Source: Candidatus Zixiibacteriota bacterium
GTDB taxonomy: Bacteria; Zixibacteria; MSB-5A5; GN15; FEB-12
DNA length: 12,009 nt
Direction: 5' to 3'
NCBI GenBank assembly: GCA_041742355.1
Contig: JBGSIV010000262.1
Location: forward strand, 1 to 12,009
In this document: piece by piece, positions 6,587 to 12,009 of the stretch
How the letters are laid out: each line of letters begins with the position of its first letter
Numbering within the stretch: position 1 is the first letter of the stretch
Program-made: the position numbers and the translations under genes
The notes under the pieces: model-generated
Databases searched by the model: none
Told to the model about the DNA's origin: nothing
Seen by the model: only the letters and a program-made list of their open reading frames with translations

Positions 6587-7243
6587 ATGTGGTGGAAACT
6601 TCTCATATTCGTGATCATGGCGGCGGTCATTGTCGCCAGCTTTGTCACGCCCGCCCCGCAGCAGATGATCGGCGAGTCCTCGCGGATCTTCTACTACCAC
6701 ATCCCGCAGGCCTGGGTCTGCGTTATGGCGTTCGCCGTGTCGATGATTTTCTCGATCCGCTACCTCCGCTCCAAGAACATGGAGGACGATGACCGGGCGG
6801 CCGAAGCGGCGCGGCTGGGGTTTATTTTCTGCATCCTCGCGACGGTCACCGGGTCGATCTTCGCCAAAGTCACCTGGGGGTCCTTCTGGAACTGGGATCC
6901 GCGGGAAACTTCCATCTTCATTCTGCTGTTAATATACGGGGCGTATTTCGCGCTCAGAGGCGCCCTTGAAATCGAAGAAAAGCGGGCCGCGCTGGCGGCT
7001 GTTTACAGTATATTTGCGTTCCTGACGGTGCCATTCCTGATCTTTATCGTGCCGCGCATGGTGCCGTCGTTGCATCCCTCGGATTCGATTGTGAACGAGA
7101 ATATGAAGTTCACGATGGGACCGACGGTGCGGATGATATTCTTCACGTCGCTCGGGTTGTTCACGGCAATTTTCTTCTGGCTGTTCAGCCTCGGGCGGCG
7201 CGTAGCGCATATGCGGCGCGTGCAACTTGAAAGTGAGGATTGA
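6587..7243 (+). CDS. ccmC: Heme handling membrane protein CcmC
   Basis: WWD motif WGSFWNWDPRET with flanking His ligands (RIFYYHIP, SLHP), in ccm gene context. Confidence 0.95.
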   Translation: MWWKLLIFVIMAAVIVASFVTPAPQQMIGESSRIFYYHIPQAWVCVMAFAVSMIFSIRYLRSKNMEDDDRAAEAARLGFIFCILATVTGSIFAKVTWGSFWNWDPRETSIFILLLIYGAYFALRGALEIEEKRAALAAVYSIFAFLTVPFLIFIVPRMVPSLHPSDSIVNENMKFTMGPTVRMIFFTSLGLFTAIFFWLFSLGRRVAHMRRVQLESED

Positions 7244-7247
7244 GACA

Positions 7248-7361
7248 GTGGACGGTAACTACATAGCACTGGCCGTGGCCCTCGCCGTGTGGGTTGGCCT
7301 GTTCGTGTACCTGATGCGGCTTGACAAGAAGGTCAAGAAGCTCGAGGAGAGAAGCAAGTGA
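7248..7361 (+). CDS. ccmD: CcmD family small membrane protein (37 aa, not in the ORF track)
   Basis: GTG start, MDGNYIALAVALAVWVGLFVYLMRLDKKVKKLEERSK: one transmembrane helix plus a charged tail. It sits between ccmC and ccmE, and its TGA overlaps the ccmE GTG (GTGA at 7358-7361). Confidence 0.9.
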   Translation: MDGNYIALAVALAVWVGLFVYLMRLDKKVKKLEERSK

Positions 7362-7798
7362 ACGCGAAGTATATCATCGGCGGTCTCATTGTTGTCGTGT
7401 TCATGGTCTGGGGAGCGTCGGCGTTTTTCAAGACCACCATCCAGTACGTGTCGATCGCCGAGGCCCGCGAGGCCCAGCGGACCGTGCAGGTGATGGGGAA
7501 GATTGATTTCGACGCGGTCAAGTACAACGCCGAGGACTCCCGGCTGGAGTTCGCCATCTACGACGCCGAGGCGACGGATATCGCCGCGGCCGAGCGGATC
7601 AACGTGGTTTACTACGGCGTGGTGCCGGGCAACTTTGACCAGGCCACTTCGGTTGTGCTCAAGGGGAAACCTGACGGCGCGCAGTTTGTCGCCGATCAGA
7701 TGCTCGTGAAGTGTCCGTCCAAGTACCAGGGCGAGGGTGGCGAGGAGTACCAGGACATTCAGAAGCACAACGAGGCGACCGGCGAGTCCGGAGTCTAA
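7358..7798 (+). CDS. ccmE: Heme chaperone CcmE, CxxxY (System I*) variant
   Basis: N-terminal transmembrane anchor, OB-fold-like VVYYGVVPGNF..VVLKG, and LVKCPSKY (Cys codon 7712-7714). Confidence 0.95.
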   Translation: MNAKYIIGGLIVVVFMVWGASAFFKTTIQYVSIAEAREAQRTVQVMGKIDFDAVKYNAEDSRLEFAIYDAEATDIAAAERINVVYYGVVPGNFDQATSVVLKGKPDGAQFVADQMLVKCPSKYQGEGGEEYQDIQKHNEATGESGV

Positions 7799-7801
7799 CG
7801 C

Positions 7802-10162
7802 ATGGGTCTACACCTCGCCGGGCAGATGCTCCTCGTGTGGGCATTTGCCGCCAACATCGTAGCGGGCGCCGGATTTTTTCTGGCCGCACGCGGCCGGGAG
7901 CAGTATCTCAGCTTCGCCCGCCTGTCCTATTTTGTTTTGACCGGTGTCACTGTCGCGGCATCGGTCCTCCTGTACTACCTGTTCTTCACGCACAATTTCG
8001 CTTTCAAGTACGTTTTCGAATATTCCGATAGCCAGCTTTCGTTCTTCTATCTCGTCTCCGCATTCTGGGGTGGCCAGGAAGGGACCTACCTGCTCTGGCT
8101 CCTGATGAGTGTGGCGTTCGGGTTTATCATTCTCAAAGTCGCCGGACGCTACACGTACTGGGCGATGGCGGCGTATGCCTCGGTGAACCTGTTTTTCACC
8201 GTGATGCTTCTCAAGGTCTCGCCCTTTGCGTTCCTCGGTTTCTATGCCGCCGACGGAGCCGGGCTGAACCCGCTGCTTCTGGATCCGTGGATGGTGATCC
8301 ATCCGCCGGTGATGTTTGTCGGGTATGCGCTCACCGGGGTGCCGTTCGCGATTGCGATCGCGGCGCTTATTATGAACGACTACACTGAGTGGACCCGCCG
8401 GGCGTTTCCGTGGGTGGCCTGCACCGCGCTGTTTTTGGCGGCGGGTAACATCCTCGGCGGATACTGGGCCTATAAGACGCTCGGCTGGGGCGGTTTCTGG
8501 GCGTGGGATCCGGTCGAAAACTCCTCGCTGATTCCGTGGTTCATGTCGCTGGCGCTTCTTCACGGCCTCGTGCTCGAGCGGCATTCGGGCGCGCTGCGCC
8601 GGAGCAACCTCATGCTCGCCGCCGCGACGTTCTGGCTGGTGGTGTGGGGGACATTCATGACGCGGTCGGGCGTGCTATCGGATTTCAGCGTGCACAGCTT
8701 TGTCGATCTCGGACAGAACACCTGGTTGATTTTCTTCCTGGTGCTGTTCGGCGGGATCACGCTCGCGGCGTTTATTCCGAGGGCGAAGTCGATTGAGAGC
8801 GTGCCGGTCAATACGAATTTCTTCGGGCGGGAGTTCTCGCTTCTCGCCGCGATGATCCTGCTCTTTCTCTTCTCGCTCGTGGTGCTGTTCTGGTCGTCGC
8901 TGCCGATCCTGACCAAGATGGTCGGGGCGGAACCGAGAGCGGCCGATTTGAACACCTATAATTCGTTCGCCCTGCCGATGGGGATAATCTACGCCCTGCT
9001 GCTGACCCTCTCGCCGCTCCTCAGCTACAAACCCGAAGCGCCGGCGAATTGGCTTAAGACAGTCATCGCGGGCGGGTTGGTGGCGCTGGCGGTGGGGATT
9101 CTGATCACCGCGATCAGCCCCGAGGCGGATATCGTGTTCGCGATCGTGTTCGCGCTGGTAGTGACGGGGCTCATAGTCGCGATTTCCAAGCGCGACCTGC
9201 TCGGGCGGCTCATGCCGGGGCTGGTGCTGTTTGCGGTGACCGTGGCGATCTGTCTGCTGGTTGGCGTGACCAACTGGCTCTTTGTCCTATTCTTCGCGAC
9301 TGCGGCGGCGGCGATTGGCTCCAACGGGTTGGCGGTGATCCGCCTGTTGCCGGGGCAGTGGCGCGCGGCGGCGGCGCAAACCACCCATTTCGGCTTCGGG
9401 CTCATGCTGCTCGGGATCCTGGCGTCGTCGGCGTTCAGCACGAGTGACCGCGTGACGCTGCCGCAGAATCAGGCGGCCGAAACCTACGGCCTGCAGGTGA
9501 CCTACGAAGGCATGGCCAACACAATCGACACGCCGCACAACGAATTGATCCTCAAGATCGGCGAGAACGGCAAGGTCGACGAAGGGCGGCCGGAGCTGTA
9601 TTTCTCGGAGCGCATGGAAGGGTTCATGAAGCGGCCGTATATCCGCCGGAGTTTCCTCTATGACCTGTATTTCTCGCCGCAGGATATCAAGCAGGAGGAG
9701 GCGCCCGATGGCCTTCTGATCGGACGCGATCAGCCGGCGAGCGCGGGCGAGTACAAATTCACGTTCCTCGGGTTCAACATGGGCGACCATACCGCCGAGA
9801 CGGCTATGAAGGTCACGGCCGAGATCGCCGCCGAGCACACCGTGCACGGCCATGTCGATACGCTGCGCCCGGCGGTGACGATGCTCACCGATGAAAAGGG
9901 GAACGCCAGTACGATGGATCTTCCGGCCCAGTTCGGCCATGGCGAGCAGACGTACTTCATGTCGATCAAGCGGATTCAGGCCGACCGCGGCTCGGTGCTG
10001 GTTGATATTCCGGGGCTGCTCGATGCCGGTGCGGGCGGGGATCGGCTGCTTCTGGATGTCTCCAAAAAGCCGCTGATTGTGCTGGTGTGGATCGGCACGA
10101 CGATTATCATGCTCGGCACGCTGGTGGCGTTCGTGCGTCGCCGGAAGGATGCGATCGAGTAG
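7802..10162 (+). CDS. ccmF: Cytochrome c heme lyase/synthetase CcmF
   Basis: FWGGQEGTYLLW, GLNPLL..MVIHPP, WAYKTLGWGGFWAWDPVENSSLIPW, LLH, TRSG..SVHSF and a C-terminal KPLIVLVWIG; 786 aa. Confidence 0.97.
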   Translation: MGLHLAGQMLLVWAFAANIVAGAGFFLAARGREQYLSFARLSYFVLTGVTVAASVLLYYLFFTHNFAFKYVFEYSDSQLSFFYLVSAFWGGQEGTYLLWLLMSVAFGFIILKVAGRYTYWAMAAYASVNLFFTVMLLKVSPFAFLGFYAADGAGLNPLLLDPWMVIHPPVMFVGYALTGVPFAIAIAALIMNDYTEWTRRAFPWVACTALFLAAGNILGGYWAYKTLGWGGFWAWDPVENSSLIPWFMSLALLHGLVLERHSGALRRSNLMLAAATFWLVVWGTFMTRSGVLSDFSVHSFVDLGQNTWLIFFLVLFGGITLAAFIPRAKSIESVPVNTNFFGREFSLLAAMILLFLFSLVVLFWSSLPILTKMVGAEPRAADLNTYNSFALPMGIIYALLLTLSPLLSYKPEAPANWLKTVIAGGLVALAVGILITAISPEADIVFAIVFALVVTGLIVAISKRDLLGRLMPGLVLFAVTVAICLLVGVTNWLFVLFFATAAAAIGSNGLAVIRLLPGQWRAAAAQTTHFGFGLMLLGILASSAFSTSDRVTLPQNQAAETYGLQVTYEGMANTIDTPHNELILKIGENGKVDEGRPELYFSERMEGFMKRPYIRRSFLYDLYFSPQDIKQEEAPDGLLIGRDQPASAGEYKFTFLGFNMGDHTAETAMKVTAEIAAEHTVHGHVDTLRPAVTMLTDEKGNASTMDLPAQFGHGEQTYFMSIKRIQADRGSVLVDIPGLLDAGAGGDRLLLDVSKKPLIVLVWIGTTIIMLGTLVAFVRRRKDAIE

Positions 10163-10190
10163 AGTTTCTGTCCAATCGACGATTGAGTTG

Positions 10191-10222
10191 AACGGCAGGC
10201 GCGTTGAGCGCCTGCCGTTTTT
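10191..10222 (+). terminator. Intrinsic terminator after ccmF
   Basis: AACGGCAGGCGC-GTTGA-GCGCCTGCCGTT is a perfect 12-bp stem running into a T tract, 28 bp after the ccmF stop. Confidence 0.85.
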
Positions 10223-10372
10223 GTATTGGGGGAGACGCGGCAGATGTGGACATCTGCCGCGCACGGGGACGAGGACATCTGCCGCGCACGTTGCCGCAGG
10301 GTCACACCGCGTTCGCTTCGCTCACTCGGCAAGACCCTGCGGAACAGAATTGCCGTTTTTGTATTGGGGGAG
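10213..10372. repeat. 116-bp REP cluster flanked by exact 22-bp direct repeats
   Basis: TGCCGTTTTTGTATTGGGGGAG at 10213-10234 and 10351-10372. Inside are GCGGCAGATGT-GG-ACATCTGCCGC-GCAC (10237-10264), a duplicate arm (10273-10290) and CCGCAGGGTC...GACCCTGCGG-AAC (10294-10345). Confidence 0.92.
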
Positions 10373-10452
10373 GAGGGGGGAGGGGGTATATTGGAATCCC
10401 GAAGCTCTGCAACCAATACCGACGGTGCGTGCTCGAATCGATGGGGTGATAG

Positions 10453-12009
10453 ATGAGACGACTTGTCTGGTTAGTCCTTGCTCTTGGTGTGCTTTCATCG
10501 AGGGTGGCGGCGCGAGACTACCCGGTGCCCTTTGACACCATCTTCTCGGATACCGTCGAGACCAATTTCGCTTTTCAGATCGTCCCCGTCGGCGATCAGA
10601 ACAACGATGGCTACGATGACTTCCTCACCTGGGACGCACCCTTCCGCGTCTTTCTCTACCTCGGGGGCAATCCGGCCGACTCCCAGCCGGCTCTGACCTT
10701 TCCAGGGACCTCCCCGCCCTTTAGCTGCGTTGGCGACTGGAACGAGGACGGCTACCTCGACTATGCCCTGCCCCGTTACTGGCCGGTCCATCCCCGTATG
10801 CGCGTCGTGCTCTACAACGGCGGTCCCCCGCTTGACACGGTCAGAGACGTTTGGTTCGGCACTGATACCCTCTATGGCGGCGGCCCGGTGACGCTCGGCC
10901 ATGATATAAACGGCGACGGTATTAATGAGTTGATCACCGGCGACTACATTGATTCCCTCCACAAAAAGGTTGTTTTCTACGACCTCTCCCCGCCGGATAG
11001 TATACCGGACTTCATCCTCGTTCCGCCCAACGAGCCGAACCGTCAGTACCGTTTTGGCGAGTCGCTCGTGACCGGTGATTTCAATGGCGACGGGACTATG
11101 GACCTAGCTGCCAACCGCCGGCGGTACAACCCAATCGATTCAGCCAACGGTTCAGTCTACCTCTACTGGGGAGGCCCCAGTTTTGATACCCTGCCCGACC
11201 TCATTCTCCGCCGTCCTGGTCCCTACGCTTCGAGCCGCGTTGACTTTGGTTGGGAGACCGTCAATCTCGGCGATGTGAACGGGGACGGCTTTGATGACCT
11301 CTGGGTCAGCAGCTATCAGTTTGCCGATTCTCTCCGTTGCATTTACTTGGGCGGCCCTGCGATCGACACCATCCCCGATGTTGTCTTGCCCGCGAGCGAT
11401 GTCTGCGATATCGCCCGCGCCGCCGGCGACGTCAACAACGATGGCTACCGGGACCTCATCACGGGTTACGCGATTCCCAATTCGTCGAGCTTCGGCTTTG
11501 CTCGCATTTACCTCGGTGGTTCTCACATGGACAATGTGCCGGATGTCGTCATCGACGTGGGCGGTTTCCCCGGCTACCAGTACGACTTCGCGGAGTCGGT
11601 GGCCGGGATTGGGGACTTCAACGGTGACGGCATCGATGATTACGCCGTCTCGGCTACCACGAACTGGCTGGCCCAGGTGATCTATCTCTTTCCCGGCTGG
11701 CAGGAGCCCGTGGACGTTGACGACGATGAGGAGACCTTGCCCCTCGGCTTCAGACTTTCCCAGAACTACCCCAACCCGTTCAATCCGTCGACGACGATCC
11801 GCTTCACCGTTCCGACACGGAGCCGTGTGAAGCTGGTCGTTCAGAATGTGCTCGGGCAGGAGGTGCGGCGGTTGATCGACCGCGAGGTATCGGCCGGGGA
11901 GCATGAGGTGGAGTGGGATGGGACGGATCAATCGGGGCGGGAGGTGGCGTCGGGGGTGTACGTGTATCGGTTGGTCAGCGAGGAGGGGGAGCAGACGAGG
12001 AAGATGGTG
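10453..12009 (+). CDS. Secreted FG-GAP/VCBS-repeat beta-propeller protein with a C-terminal T9SS type A/FlgD-like domain (3' partial, not in the ORF track)
   Basis: The frame is open from ATG 10453 to the window end. Signal peptide MRRLVWLVLALGVLSSRVAA. Seven Ca-binding repeats: GDQNNDGYDDF, GDWNEDGYLDY, HDINGDGINEL, GDFNGDGTMDL, GDVNGDGFDDL, GDVNNDGYRDL, GDFNGDGIDDY. C-terminus LSQNYPNPFNPSTTIRF..WDGTDQSGREVASGVYVYRL..TRKMV. Confidence 0.93.
   Translation, partial: MRRLVWLVLALGVLSSRVAARDYPVPFDTIFSDTVETNFAFQIVPVGDQNNDGYDDFLTWDAPFRVFLYLGGNPADSQPALTFPGTSPPFSCVGDWNEDGYLDYALPRYWPVHPRMRVVLYNGGPPLDTVRDVWFGTDTLYGGGPVTLGHDINGDGINELITGDYIDSLHKKVVFYDLSPPDSIPDFILVPPNEPNRQYRFGESLVTGDFNGDGTMDLAANRRRYNPIDSANGSVYLYWGGPSFDTLPDLILRRPGPYASSRVDFGWETVNLGDVNGDGFDDLWVSSYQFADSLRCIYLGGPAIDTIPDVVLPASDVCDIARAAGDVNNDGYRDLITGYAIPNSSSFGFARIYLGGSHMDNVPDVVIDVGGFPGYQYDFAESVAGIGDFNGDGIDDYAVSATTNWLAQVIYLFPGWQEPVDVDDDEETLPLGFRLSQNYPNPFNPSTTIRFTVPTRSRVKLVVQNVLGQEVRRLIDREVSAGEHEVEWDGTDQSGREVASGVYVYRLVSEEGEQTRKMV

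Noticed and set aside
6304..6648. Minus-strand 114-aa ORF containing VIPAKAGIQ
   Set aside because: The peptide is the translation of the palindrome at 6455-6484, and the ORF overlaps the start of ccmC on the opposite strand.
4376..11931. Long antisense or alternative-frame ORFs (4376-5254, 5309-5869, 7259-7768, 7808-8584, 9287-10264, 10495-10962, 11152-11931)
   Set aside because: These are shadow ORFs, expected opposite GC-rich genes whose + strand products are well supported.

Overview
Bacterial chromosomal window, probably from an FCB-group lineage such as Zixibacteria (inferred from the YPNPFNP/FlgD-type C-terminal domain and the gene content). All supported genes are on the + strand. 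(i) A two-gene accessory cassette behind a near-consensus sigma70 promoter encodes a secreted fibre-like protein with an intramolecular-chaperone-like C-terminus and a C10 (streptopain-like) cysteine protease. (ii) A frameshifted remnant of a REP-associated tyrosine transposase (RAYT), absent from the ORF track, is followed by five palindromic REP copies. (iii) A cytochrome c maturation cluster ccmAB-ccmCDEF is of the System I* type (CcmE CxxxY, no ccmG/ccmH alongside); ccmD is also missing from the ORF track. (iv) A 7-repeat FG-GAP protein with a T9SS/FlgD-like C-terminal domain runs off the right edge. The most unusual content is non-coding. Four intergenic blocks (1-640, 4350-4523, 5950-6575, 10213-10372) are packed with REP-like palindromes of several families, and some families recur between blocks. 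In the first block the hairpins alternate with five exact copies of a non-palindromic 13-mer (ATTGGGTTCGTTT), giving an array-like repeat/hairpin architecture of unknown function.
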